A stretch of DNA of 64,000 bases from Auanema rhodensis (Eukaryota > Animalia > Nematoda), in NCBI GenBank assembly GCA_964057225.1, contig OZ059897.1, positions 10,664,001-10,728,000 on the forward strand. The letters run 5' to 3'. The position numbers were made by a program, and so were the translations under genes. The notes below the pieces were generated by a model that did not search any database, was not told the origin of the DNA, and was given only the letters and a program-made list of their open reading frames with translations. Positions 41,271 through 56,200 of the stretch are shown in pieces (positions within the stretch are counted from its first letter, which is position 1; the number at the start of each line of letters is the position of its first letter).

Positions 41271-44200
41271 ATCGGCCCAAGTAGTATAGTGGTTAGTACT
41301 CCACGTTGTGGCCGTGGCGACACAGGTTCGATTCCTGTCTTGGGCATTTTTTGTTTTGAAATTAAAATGCTATAAACATATTGCTTGCTTGTCATGTTAG
41401 ATTTGTTTAATTCAAATACTTATTTAAGTTCTAACAATTTTCGATTTAATCACGTTCAATCAACTGTACTGTTTTCAAAAATAAAGACATCTTTCAATTT
41501 TTGGTCATTGATTAGAATTTTCATGTTGTCACACAGAAATTGAAGAATCTTAGTTCATTTCAGTAACAATGAACACACTAACTTTGTTAAGTTGTTGTAA
41601 TATCGGCCCAAGTAGTATAGTGGTTAGTACTCCACGTTGTGGCCGTGGCGACACAGGTTCGATTCCTGTCTTGGGCATTTTTTGTTTTGAAATTTAAATG
41701 CTATAAAATTATTGCTTGCTTGTCATGTTAAATTTGTTTAATTCAAATACTTATTTAAGTTCTAACAATTTTTGATTTAATCACGTTCAATTAACAGTAT
41801 TGTTTTCAAAAATGAAGACATCTTTCAATTTTTGGTCATTGATTAGAATTTTCATGTTGTCACACAGAAATTGAAGAATCTTAGTTCATTTCAGTAACAA
41901 TGAACACACTAACTTTGTTAAGTTATTGTAATATCGGCCCAAGTAGTATAGTGGTTAGTACTCCACGTTGTGGCCGTGGCGACACAGGTTCGATTCCTGT
42001 CTTGGGCATTTTTTGTTTTGAAATTTAAATGCTATAAAATTATTGCTTGCTTGTCATGTTAGATTTGTTTAATTCAAATACTTAATTAAGTTCTAACAAT
42101 TTTTGATTTAATCACGTTCAATTAACTGTATTGTTTTCAAAAATAAAGACATCTTTCAATTTCTGGTCATTGAATTAGAATTTTCATGTTGTCACACAGG
42201 AAATGAAGAATCTTAGTTCATTTCAGTAACAATGAACACAATAATTTTGTTTAGTTTGTAATACCGGCCCAAGTAGTATAGTGGTTAGTACTCCACGTTG
42301 TGGCCGTGGCGACACAGGTTCGATTCCTGTCTTGGGCATTTTTTGTTTTGAAATTTAAATGCTATAAAATTATTGCTTGCTTGTCATGTTAGATTTCTTC
42401 AATTTGAATACTTATTCAAGTTATAACAATTTTTGATTTAATCACGTTCAATTAACTGTATTGTTTTCAAAAATAAAGACATCTTTCAATTTCTGGTCAT
42501 TGAATTAGAATTTTCATGTTGTCACACAGAAATTGAAGAATCTTAGTTCATTTCAGTAACAATGAACACACTAACTTTGTTAAGTTGTTGTAATATCGGC
42601 CCAAGTAGTATAGTGGTTAGTACTCCACGTTGTGGCCGTGGCGACACAGGTTCGATTCCTGTCTTGGGCATTTTTTGTTTTGAAATTTAAATGCTATGAA
42701 ATTATTGCTTGCTTGTCATGTCAGATTTGTTTAATTTAAATACTTATTTAAGTTCCAACAATTTTTGATTAAATCACGTTCAATTAACTGTATTGTTCTC
42801 AAAAATAAAGACAAAATTCAATTTCTGTTCATTGAATTAGAATTTTCATGTTGTCACACAGGAAATGAAGAATCTTAGTTCATTTCAGTAACAATGAACA
42901 CAATAACTTTGTTTAGTTGTTGTAATACCGGCCCAAGTAGTATAGTGGTTAGTACTCCACGTTGTGGCCGTGGCGACACAGGTTCGATTCCTGTCTTGGG
43001 CATTTTTTGTTTTGAAATTAAAATGCTATAAACATATTGCTTGCTTGTCATGTTAGATTTGTTTAATTCAAATACTTATTTAAGTTCTAACAATTTTTGA
43101 TTTAATCACGTTCAATTAACAGTATTGTTTTCAAAAATAAAGACATCTTTCAATTTTTGGTCATTGATTAGAATTTTCATGTTGTCACACAGAAAATGAA
43201 GAATCTTAGTTCATTTCAGTAACAATGAACACACTAACTTTGTTAAGTTGTTGTAATATCGGCCCAAGTAGTATAGTGGTTAGTACTCCACGTTGTGGCC
43301 GTGGCGACACAGGTTCGATTCCTGTTTTGGGCATTTTTTGTTTTGAAATTTAAATGCTATAAAATTATTGCTTGCTTGTCATGTTAGATTTGTTTAATTC
43401 AAATACTTATTTAAGTTCTAACAATTTTTGATTTAATCACGTTCAATTAACTGTATTGTTTTCAAAAATAAAGACATCTATCAATTTCTGGTCATTGAAT
43501 TAGAATTTTCATGTTGTCACACAGGAAATGAAGAATCTTAGTTCATTTCAGTAACAATGAACACAATAATTTTGTTTAGTTTGTAATACCGGCCCAAGTA
43601 GTATAGTGGTCAGTACTCCACGTTGTGGCCGTGGCGACACAGGTTCGATTCCTGTCTTGGGCATTTTTTGTTTTGAAATTTAAATGCTATAAAATTATTG
43701 CTTGCTTGTCATGTTAGATTTGTTTAATTTAAATACTTGCTTAAGTTCCAACAATTTTTGATTAAATCACGTTCAATTAACTGTATTGTTTTCAAAAATA
43801 AAGACATCTTTCAATTTCTGGTCATTGAATTAGAATTTTCATGTTGTCACACAGAAATTGAAGAATCTTAGTTCATTTCAGTAACAATGAACACACTAAC
43901 TTTGTTAAGTTGTTGTAATATCGGCCCAAGTAGTATAGTGATTAGTACTCCACGTTGTGGCCGTGGCGACACAGGTTCGATTCCTGTCTTGGGCATTTTT
44001 TGTTTTGAAATTTAAATGCTATAAAATTATTGCTTGCTTGTCATGTTAGATTTGTTTAATTCAAATACTTATTTAAGTTCTAACAATTTTTGAATTAATC
44101 ACGTTCAATTAACTGTATTGTTTTCAAAAATAAAGACAAAATTCAATTTCTGTTCATTGAATTAGAATTTTCATGTTGTCACCCAGAAATTGAAGATTCT

Positions 44201-47200
44201 TAGTTCAATTCAGTAACAATGAACACACTAACTTTGTTAAGTTGTTGTGATATCGGCCCAAGTAATATAGTGGTTAGTACTCCACGTTGTGGCCGTGGCG
44301 ACACAGATTCGATTCCTTTCTTGGGCATTTTTTGTTTTGAAATTAAAATGCTACAAAATTATTGCTTGCTTGTCATGTTAGATTTGTTTAATTCAAATAC
44401 TTATTTAAGTTCTAACAATTTTTGATTTAATCACGTTCAATCAACTGTATTGTTTTCAAAAATAAAGACAAAATTCAATTTCTGTTCATTGAATTAGAAT
44501 TTTCATGTTGTCACCCAGAAATTGAAGATTCTTAGTTCAATTCAGTAACAATGAACACACTAACTTTGTTAAGTTGTTGTAATATCGGCCCAAGTAGTAT
44601 AGTGGTTAGTACTCCACGTTGTGGCCGTGGCGACACAGGTTCGATTCCTGTCTTGGGCATTTTTTGTTTTGAAATTTAAATGCTATAAAATTATTGCTTG
44701 CTTGTCATGTTAGATTTGTTTAATTCAAATACTTATTTAAGTTCTAACAATTTTTGATTTAATCACGTTCAATTAACTGTATTGTTTTCAAAAATAAAGA
44801 CATCTATCAATTTCTGGTCATTGAATTAGAATTTTCATGTTGTCACACAGGAAATGAAGAATCTTAGTTTATTTCAGTAACAATGAACACAATAATTTTG
44901 TTTAGTTTGTAATACCGGCCCAAGTAGTATAGTGGTTAGTACTCCACGTTGTGGTCGTGGCGACACAGGTTCGATTCCTGTCTTGGGCATTTTTTGTTTT
45001 GAAATTTAAATGCTATAAAATTATTGCTTGCTTGTCATGTTAGATTTGTTTAATTTAAATACTTGTTTAAGTTCCAACAATTTTTGATTAAATCACGTTC
45101 AATTAACTGTATTGTTTTCAAAAATAAAGACATCTTTCAATTTCTGGTCATTGAATTAGAATTTTCATGTTGTCACACAGAAATTGAAGAATCTTAGTTC
45201 ATTTCAGTAACAATGAACACACTAACTTTGTTAAGTTGTTGTAATATCGGCCCAAGTAGTATAGTGATTAGTACTCCACGTTGTGGCCGTGGCGACACAG
45301 GTTCGATTCCTGTCTTGGGCATTTTTTGTTTTGAAATTTAAATGCTATAAAATTATTGCTTGCTTGTCATGTTAGATTTGTTTAATTCAAATACTTATTT
45401 AAGTTCTAACAATTTTTGATTTAATCACGTTCAATTAACTGTATTGTTTTCAAAAATAAAGACAAAATTCAATTTCTGTTCATTGAATTAGAATTTTCAT
45501 GTTGTCACCCAGAAATTGAAGATTCTTAGTTCAATTCAGTAACAATGAACACACTAACTTTGTTAAGTTGTTGTGATATCGGCCCAAGTAATATAGTGGT
45601 TAGTACTCCACGTTGTGGCCGTGGCGACACAGATTCGATTCCTTTCTTGGGCATTTTTTGTTTTGAAATTAAAATGCTACAAAATTATTGCTTGCTTGTC
45701 ATGTTAGATTTGTTTAATTCAAATACTTATTTAAGTTCTAACAATTATCGATTTAATCACGTTCAATCAACTGTATTGTTTTCAAAAATAAAGACATCTT
45801 TCAATTTCTGGTCATTGAATTAGAATTTTCATGTTGTCACACAGAAAATGGAAAAATCTTAGTTCAATTCAGTAACAACGAACACACTAACTTTGTTAAG
45901 TTGTTGTAATATCGGCCCAAGTAATATAGTGGTTAGTACTCCACGTTGTGGCCGTGGCGACACAGATTCGATTCCTGTTTTGGGCATTTTTTGTTATGAA
46001 ATTTAAATGCTATAAACATATTGCTTGCTTGTCATGTTAGATTTGTTTAATTCAAATACTTATTTAAGTTCTATCAATTTTCGATTTAATCACGTTCAAT
46101 CAACTGTATTGTTTTCAAAAATAAAGACATCTTTCAATTTCTGGTCATTGAATTAGAATTTTCATGTTGTCACACAGAAATTGAAGAATCTTAGTTCATT
46201 TCAGTAACAATGAACACACTAACTTTGTTAAGTTGTTGTAATATCGGCCCAAGTAGTATAGTGGTTAGTACTCCACGTTGTGGCCGTGGCGACACAGGTT
46301 CGATTCCTGTCTTGGGCATTTTTTGTTTTGAAATTAAAGTGCTATAAACATATTGCTTGCTTGTCATGTTAGATTTGTTTAATTCAAATACTTATTTAAG
46401 TTCTATCAATTTTCGATTTAATCACGTTCAATCAACTGTATTGTTTTCAAAAATAAAGACATCTTTCAATTTTTGGTCATGTATTAGAATTTTCATGTTG
46501 TCACACAGAAATTGAAGAATCTTAGTTCATTTCAGTAACAATGAACACACTAACTTTGTTAAGTTGTTGTAATATCGGCCCAAGTAGTATAGTGGTTAGT
46601 ACTCCACGTTGTGGCCGTGGCGACACAGGTTCGATTCCTGTCTTGGGCATTTTTTGTTTTGAAATTAAAATGCTATAAAATTATTGCTTGCTTGTCTTGT
46701 TAGATTTCTTTAATTTGAATACTTATTTAAGTTATAACAATTTTCGATTTAATCACGTTCAATCAACTGTATTGTTTTCAAAAATAAAGACATCTTTCAA
46801 TTTCTGGTCATTGAATTAGAATTTTCATGTTGTCACACAGAAATTGAAGAATCTTAGTTCATTTCAGTAACAATGAACACACTAACTTTGTTAAGTTGTT
46901 GTAATATCGGCCCAAGTAGTATAGTGATTAGTACTCCACGTTGTGGCCGTGGCGACACAGGTTCGATTCCTGTCTTGGGCATTTTTTGTTTTGAAATTTA
47001 AATGCTATAAAATTATTGCTTGCTTGTCATGTTAGATTTGTTTAATTCAAATACTTATTTAAGTTCTAACAATTTTTGATTTAATCACGTTCAATTAACT
47101 GTATTGTTTTCAAAAATAAAGACAAAATTCAATTTCTGTTCATTGAATTAGAATTTTCATGTTGTCACCCAGAAATTGAAGATTCTTAGTTCAATTCAGT

Positions 47201-50200
47201 AACAATGAACACACTAACTTTGTTAAGTTGTTGTGATATCGGCCCAAGTAATATAGTGGTTAGTACTCCACGTTGTGGCCGTGGCGACACAGGTTCGATT
47301 CCTGTCTTGGGCATTTTTTGTTTTGAAATTAAAATGCTATAAAATTATTGCTTGCTTGTCTTGTTAGATTTCTTTAATTTGAATACTTATTTAAGTTATA
47401 ACAATTTTCGATTTAATCACGTTCAATCAACTGTATTGTTTTCAAAAATAAAGACATCTTTCAATTTCTGGTCATTGAATTAGAATTTTCATGTTGTCAC
47501 ACAGAAATTGAAGAATCTTAGTTCATTTCAGTAACAATGAATACACTAACTTTGTTAAGTTGTTGTAATATCGGCCCAAGTAGTATAGTGGTTAGTACTC
47601 CACGTTGTGGCCGTGGCGACACAGGTTCGATTCCTGTCTTGGGCATTTTTTGTTTTGAAATTAAAATGCTATAAAATTATTGCTTGCTTGTCTTGTTAGA
47701 TTTCTTTAATTTGAATACTTATTCAAGTTATAACAATTTTCGATTTAATCACGTTCAATCAACTGTATTGTTTTCAAAAATAAAGACATCTTTCAATTTC
47801 TGGTCATTGAATTAGAATTTTCATGTTGTCACACAGAAATTGAAGAATCTTAGTTCATTTCAGTAACAATGAACACACTAACTTTGTTAAGTTGTTGTAA
47901 TATCGGCCCAAGTAGTATAGTGGTTAGTACTCCACGTTGTGGCCGTGGCGACACAGGTTCGATTCCTGTCTTGGGCATTTTTTGTTTTGAAATTTAAATG
48001 CTATAAAATTATTGCTTGCTTGTCATGTTAGATTTGTTTATTTCAAATACTTATTTAAGTTCCAACGATTTTCGATTAAATCACGTTCATTTAACTGTAT
48101 TGTTTTCAAAAATAAAGACAAAATTCAATTTCTGTTCGTTGAATTAGAATTTTCATGTTGTCACACAGAAATTGAAGAATCTTAGTTCAATTCAGTAACA
48201 ACGAACACACTAACTTTGTTAAGTTGTTGTAATATCGACCCAAGTAGTATAGTGGTTAGTACTCCACGTTGTGGCCGTGGCGACACAGGTTCGATTCCTG
48301 TCTTGGGCATTTTTTGTTTTGAAATTAAAATGCTATAAACATATTGCTTGCTTGTCATGTTAGATTTGTTTAATTCAAATACTTATTCAAGTTCTAACAA
48401 TTTTTGATTTAATCACGTTCAATTAACAGTATTGTTTTCAAAAATAAAGACAAAATTCAATTTCTGTTCATTGAATTAGAATTTTCATGTTGTCACACAG
48501 AAATTGAAGAATCTTAGTTCATTTCAGTAACAATGAACACACTAACTTTGTTAAGTTGTTGTAATATCGGCCCAAGTAGTATAGTGGTTAGTACTCCACG
48601 TTGTGGCCGTGGCGACACAGGTTCGATTCCTGTCTTGGGCATTTTTTGTTTTGAAATTTAAATGCTATGAAATTATTGCTTGCTTGTCATGTTAGATTGT
48701 TTAATTTAAATACTTATTTAAGTTCCAACAATTTTTGATTAAATCACGTTCAATTAACTGTATTGTTCTCAAAAATAAAGACAAAATTCAATTTCTGGTC
48801 ATTGAATTAGAATTTTCATGTTGTCACACAGAAAATGGAAAAATCTTAGTTCAATTCAGTAACAACGAACACACTAACTTTGTTAAGTTGTTGTAATATC
48901 GGCCCAAGTAATATAGTGGTTAGTACTCCACGTTGTGGCCGTGGCGACACAGATTCGATTCCTGTTTTGGGCATTTTTTGTTATGAAATTTAAATGCTAT
49001 AAACATATTGCTTGCTTGTCATGTTAGATTTGTTTAATTCAAATACTTATTTAAGTTCTATCAATTTTCGATTTAATCACGTTCAATCAACTGTATTGTT
49101 TTCAAAAATAAAGACATCTTTCAATTTCTGGTCATTGAATTAGAATTTTCATGTTGTCACACAGAAATTGAAGAATCTTAGTTCATTTCAGTAACAATGA
49201 ACACACTAACTTTGTTAAGTTGTTGTAATATCGGCCCAAGTAGTATAGTGGTTAGTACTCCACGTTGTGGCCGTGGCGACACAGGTTCGATTCCTGTCTT
49301 GGGCATTTTTTGTTTTGAAATTAAAATGCTATAAAATTATTGCTTGCTTGTCTTGTTAGATTGGTTTAATTCAAATACTTATCTAAGTTCTAACAATTTT
49401 CGATTTAATCACGTTCAATTAACTGTATTGTTTTCAAAAATAAAGACATCTTTCAATTTCTGGTCATTGAATTAGAATTTTCATGTTGTCACACAGAAAT
49501 TGAAGAATCTTAGTTCATTTCAGTAACAATGAACACACTAACTTTGTTAAGTTGTTGTAATATCGGCCCAAGTAGTATAGTGGTTAGTACTCCACGTTGT
49601 GGCCGTGGCGACACAGATTCGATTCCTGTCTTGGGCATTTTTTGTTTTGAAATTAAAGTGCTATAAACATATTGCTTGCTTGTCATGTTAGATTTGTTTA
49701 ATTCAAATACTTATTTAAGTTCTATCAATTTTCGATTTAATCACGTTCAATCAACTGTATTGTTTTCAAAAATAAAGACATCTTTCAATTTTTGGTCATG
49801 TATTAGAATTTTCATGTTGTCACACAGAAATTGAAGAATCTTAGTTCATTTCAGTAACAATGAACACACTAACTTTGTTAAGTTGTTATAATATCGGCCC
49901 AAGTAGTATAGTGGTTAGTACTCCACGTTGTGGCCGTGGCGACACAGGTTCGATTCCTGTCTTGGGCATTTTTTGTTTTGAAATTAAAATGCTATAAAAT
50001 TATTGCTTGCTTGTCTTGTTAGATTTCTTTAATTTGAATACTTATTTAAGTTATAACAATTTTCGATTTAATCACGTTCAATCAACTGTATTGTTTTCAA
50101 AAATAAAGACATCTTTCAATTTCTGGTCATTGAATTAGAATTTTCATGTTGTCACACAGAAATTGAAGAATCTTAGTTCATTTCAGTAACAATGAATACA

Positions 50201-53200
50201 CTAACTTTGTTAAGTTGTTGTAATATCGGCCCAAGTAGTATAGTGGTTAGTACTCCACGTTGTGGCCGTGGCGACACAGGTTCGATTCCTGTCTTGGGCA
50301 TTTTTTGTTTTGAAATTTAAATGCTATAAAATTATTGCTTGCTTGTCATGTTAGATTTGTTTATTTCAAATACTTATTTAAGTTCCAACAATTTTCGATT
50401 AAATCACGTTCATTTAACTGTATTGTTTTCAAAAATAAAGACAAAATTCAATTTCTGTTCGTTGAATTAGAATTTTCATGTTGTCACACAGAAATTGAAG
50501 AATCTTAGTTCAATTCAGTAACAACGAACACACTAACTTTGTTAAGTTGTTGTAATATCGACCCAAGTAGTATAGTGGTTAGTACTCCACGTTGTGGCCG
50601 TGGCGACACAGGTTCGATTCCTGTCTTGGGCATTTTTTGTTTTGAAATTTAAATGCTATAAAATTATTGCTTGCTTGTCATGTTAGATTTGTTTATTTCA
50701 AATACTTATTTAAGTTCCAACAATTTTCGATTAAATCACGTTCATTTAACTGTATTGTTTTCAAAAATAAAGACAAAATTCAATTTCTGTTCGTTGAATT
50801 AGAATTTTCATGTTGTCACACAGAAATTGAAGAATCTTAGTTCAATTCAGTAACAACGAACACACTAACTTTGTTAAGTTGTTGTAATATCGACCCAAGT
50901 AGTATAGTGGTTAGTACTCCACGTTGTGGCCGTGGCGACACAGGTTCGATTCCTGTCTTGGGCATTTTTTGTTTTGAAATTAAAATGCTATAAACATATT
51001 GCTTGCTTGTCATGTTAGATTTGTTTAATTCAAATACTTATTCAAGTTCTAACAATTTTTGATTTAATCACGTTCAATTAACAGTATTGTTTTCAAAAAT
51101 AAAGACAAAATTCAATTTCTGTTCATTGAATTAGAATTTTCATGTTGTCACACAGAAATTGAAGAATCTTAGTTCATTTCAGTAACAATGAACACACTAA
51201 CTTTGTTAAGTTGTTGTAATATCGGCCCAAGTAGTATAGTGGTTAGTACTCCACGTTGTGGCCGTGGCGACACAGGTTCGATTCCTGTCTTGGGCATTTT
51301 TTGTTTTGAAATTTAAATGCTATGAAATTATTGCTTGCTTGTCATGTTAGATTGTTTAATTTAAATACTTATTTAAGTTCCAACAATTTTTGATTAAATC
51401 ACGTTCAATTAACTGTATTGTTCTCAAAAATAAAGACAAAATTCAATTTCTGTTCATTGAATTAGAATTTTCATGTTGTCACACAGGAAATGAAGAATCT
51501 TAGTTCATTTCAGTAACAATGAACACAATAACTTTGTTTTGTTGTTGTAATACCGGCCCAAGTAGTATAGTGGTTAGTACTCCACGTTGTGGCCGTGGCG
51601 ACACAGCTTCGATTCCTGTCTTGGGCATTTTTTGTTTTGAAATTTAAATGCTATGAAATTATTGCTTGCTTGTCATGTTAGATTTGTTTAATTTAAATAC
51701 TTGTTTAAGTTCCAACAATTTTTGATTAAATCACGTTCAATTAACTGTATTGTTTTCAAAAATAAAGACATCTTTCAATTTCTGGTCATTGAATTAGAAT
51801 TTTCATGTTGTCACACAGAAATTGAAGAATCTTAGTTCATTTCAGTAACAATGAACACACTAACTTTGTTAAGTTGTTGTAATATTGGCCCAAGTAGTAT
51901 AATGATTAGTACTCCACGTTGTGGCCGTGGCGACACAGGTTCGATTCCTGTCTTGGGCATTTTTTGTTTTGAAATTTAAATGCTATAAAATTATTGCTTG
52001 CTTGTCATGTTAGATTTGTTTAATTCAAATACTTATTTAAGTTCTAACCATTTTTGATTTAATCACGTTCAATTAACTGTATTGTTTTCAAAAATAAAGA
52101 CAAAATTCAATTTCTGTTCATTGAATTAGAATTTTCATGTTGTCACCCAGAAATTGAAGAATCTTAGTTCATTTCAGTAACAATGAACACACTAACTTTG
52201 TTAAGTTGTTGTAATATCGACCCAAGTAGTATAGTGGTTAGTACTCCACGTTGTGGCCGTGGCGACACAGGTTCGATTCCTGTCTTGGGCATTTTTTGTT
52301 TTGAAATTAAAATGCTATAAACATATTGCTTGCTTGTCATGTTAGATTTGTTTAATTCAAATACTTATTCAAGTTCTAACAATTTTTGATTTAATCACGT
52401 TCAATTAACAGTATTGTTTTCAAAAATAAAGACAAAATTCAATTTCTGTTCATTGAATTAGAATTTTCATGTTGTCACACAGAAATTGAAGAATCTTAGT
52501 TCATTTCAGTAACAATGAACACACTAACTTTGTTAAGTTGTTGTAATATCGGCCCAAGTAGTATAGTGGTTAGTACTCCACGTTGTGGCCGTGGCGACAC
52601 AGGTTCGATTCCTGTCTTGGGCATTTTTTGTTTTGAAATTTAAATGCTATGAAATTATTGCTTGCTTGTCATGTTAGATTGTTTAATTTAAATACTTATT
52701 TAAGTTCCAACAATTTTTGATTAAATCACGTTCAATTAACTGTATTGTTCTCAAAAATAAAGACAAAATTCAATTTCTGTTCATTGAATTAGAATTTTCA
52801 TGTTGTCACACAGGAAATGAAGAATCTTAGTTCATTTCAGTAACAATGAACACAATAACTTTGTTTTGTTGTTGTAATACCGGCCCAAGTAGTATAGTGG
52901 TTAGTACTCCACGTTGTGGCCGTGGCGACACAGATTCGATTCCTGTCTTGGGCATTTTTTGTTTTGAAATTAAAATGCTATAAAATTATTGCTTGCTTGT
53001 CATGTTAGATTTGTTTAATTTAAATACTCATTTAAGTTTCAACAATTTTCGATTAAATCACGTTCATTTAACTGTATTGTTTTCAAAAATAAAGACAAAT
53101 TTCAATTTCTGTTCATTGAATTAGAATTTTCATGTTGTCACACAGAAATTGAAGAATCTTAGTTCATTTCAGTAACAATGAACACACTAACTTTGTTAAG

Positions 53201-56200
53201 TTGTTGTAATATCGGCCCAAGTAGTATAGTGGTTAGTACTCCACGTTGTGGCCGTGGCGACACAGGTTCGATTCCTGTCTTGGGCATTTTTTGTTTTGAA
53301 ATTTAAATGCTATGAAATTATTGCTTGCTTGTCATGTTAGATTTGTTTAATTTAAATACTTGTTTAAGTTCCAACAATTTTTGATTAAATCACGTTCAAT
53401 TAACTGTATTGTTTTCAAAAATAAAGACATCTTTCAATTTCTGGTCATTGAATTAGAATTTTCATGTTGTCACACAGAAATTGAAGAATCTTAGTTCATT
53501 TCAGTAACAATGAACACACTAACTTTGTTAAGTTGTTGTAATATTGGCCCAAGTAGTATAGTGATTAGTACTCCACGTTGTGGCCGTGGCGACACAGGTT
53601 CGATTCCTGTCTTGGGCATTTTTTGTTTTGAAATTTAAATGCTATAAAATTATTGCTTGCTTGTCATGTTAGATTTGTTTAATTCAAATACTTATTTAAG
53701 TTCTAACCATTTTTGATTTAATCACGTTCAATTAACTGTATTGTTTTCAAAAATAAAGACAAAATTCAATTTCTGTTCATTGAATTAGAATTTTCATGTT
53801 GTCACCCAGAAATTGAAGATTCTTAGTTCAATTCAGTAACAATGAACACACTAACTTTGTTAAGTTGTTGTGATATCGGCCTAAGTAATATAGTGGTTAG
53901 TACTCCACGTTGTGGCCGTGGCGACACAGATTCGATTCCTGTCTTGAGCATTTTTTGTTTTGAAATTAAAATGCTACAAAATTATTGCTTGCTTGTCATG
54001 TTAGATTTGTTTATTTCAAATACTTATTTAAGTTCTATCAATTTTCGATTTAATCACGTTCAATCAACTGTATTGTTTTCAAAAATAAAGACATCTTTCA
54101 ATTTCTGGTCATTGAATTAGAATTTTCATGTTGTCACACAGAAATTGAAGAATCTTAGTTCATTTCAGTAACAATGAACACACTAACTTTGTTAAGTTGT
54201 TGTAATATCGGCCCAAGTAGTATAGTCGTTAGTACTCCACGTTGTGGCCGTGGCGACACAGGTTCGATTCCTGTCTTGGGCATTTTTTGTTTTGAAATTA
54301 AAATGCTATAAAATTATTGCTTGCTTGTCTTGTTAGATTTGTTAAATTCAAATACTTATTTAAGTTCTAACAATTTTCGATTTAATCACGTTCAATCAAC
54401 TGTATTGTTTTCAAAAATAAAGACATCTTTCAATTTCTGGTCATTGAATTAGAATTTTCATGTTGTCACACAGAAATTGAAGAATCTTAGTTCATTTCAG
54501 TAACAATGAACACACTAACTTTGTTAAGTTGTTGTAATATCGGCCCAAGTAGTATGGTGGTTAGTACTCCACGTTGTGGCCGTGGCGACACAGATTCGAT
54601 TCCTGTCTTGGGCATTTTTTGTTTTGAAATTAAAGTGCTATAAACATATTGCTTGCTTGTCATGTTAGATTTGTTTAATCCAAATACTTATTTAAGTTCT
54701 ATCAATTTTCGATTTAATCACGTTCAATCAACTGTATTGTTTTCAAAAATAAAGACATCTTTCAATTTCTGGTCATTGAATTAGAATTTTCATGTTGTCA
54801 CACAGAAATTGAAGAATCTTAGTTCATTTCAGTAACAATGAACACACTAACTTTGTTAAGTTGTTGTAATATTGGCCCAAGTAGTATAGTGATTAGTACT
54901 CCACGTTGTGGCCGTGGCGACACAGGTTCGATTCCTGTCTTGGGCATTTTTTGTTTTGAAATTTAAATGCTATAAAATTATTGCTTGCTTGTCATGTTAG
55001 ATTTGTTTAATTCAAATACTTATTTAAGTTCTAACCATTTTTGATTTAATCACGTTCAATTAACTGTATTGTTTTCAAAAATAAAGACAAAATTCAATTT
55101 CTGTTCATTGAATTAGAATTTTCATGTTGTCACACAGAAATTGAAGAATCTTAGTTCATTTCAGTAACAATGAACACACTAACTTTGTTAAGTTGTTGTA
55201 ATATCGGCCCAAGTAGTATGGTGGTTAGTACTCCACGTTGTGGCCGTGGCGACACAGATTCGATTCCTGTCTTGGGCATTTTTTGTTTTGAAATTAAAGT
55301 GCTATAAACATATTGCTTGCTTGTCATGTTAGATTTGTTTAATCCAAATACTTATTTAAGTTCTATCAATTTTCGATTTAATCACGTTCAATCAACTGTA
55401 TTGTTTTCAAAAATAAAGACATCTTTCAATTTCTGGTCATTGAATTAGAATTTTCATGTTGTCACACAGAAATTGAAGAATCTTAGTTCATTTCAGTAAC
55501 AATGAACACACTAACTTTGTTAAGTTGTTGTAATATTGGCCCAAGTAGTATAGTGATTAGTACTCCACGTTGTGGCCGTGGCGACACAGGTTCGATTCCT
55601 GTCTTGGGCATTTTTTGTTTTGAAATTTAAATGCTATAAAATTATTGCTTGCTTGTCATGTTAGATTTGTTTAATTCAAATACTTATTTAAGTTCTAACC
55701 ATTTTTGATTTAATCACGTTCAATTAACTGTATTGTTTTCAAAAATAAAGACAAAATTCAATTTCTGTTCATTGAATTAGAATTTTCATGTTGTCACCCA
55801 GAAATTGAAGATTCTTAGTTCAATTCAGTAACAATGAACACACTAACTTTGTTAAGTTGTTGTGATATCGGCCTAAGTAATATAGTGGTTAGTACTCCAC
55901 GTTGTGGCCGTGGCGACACAGATTCGATTCCTGTCTTGGGCATTTTTTGTTTTGAAATTAAAATGCTACAAAATTATTGCTTGCTTGTCATGTTAGATTT
56001 GTTTAATTCAAATACTTATTTAAGTTCTAACAATTATCGTTTTAATCACGTTCAATCAACTGTATTGTTTTCAAAAATAAAGACATCTTTCAATTTCTGG
56101 TCATTGAATTAGAATTTTCATGTTGTCACACAGAAAATGGAAAAATCTTAGTTCAATTCAGTAACAACGAACACACTAACTTTGTTAAGTTGTTGTAATA

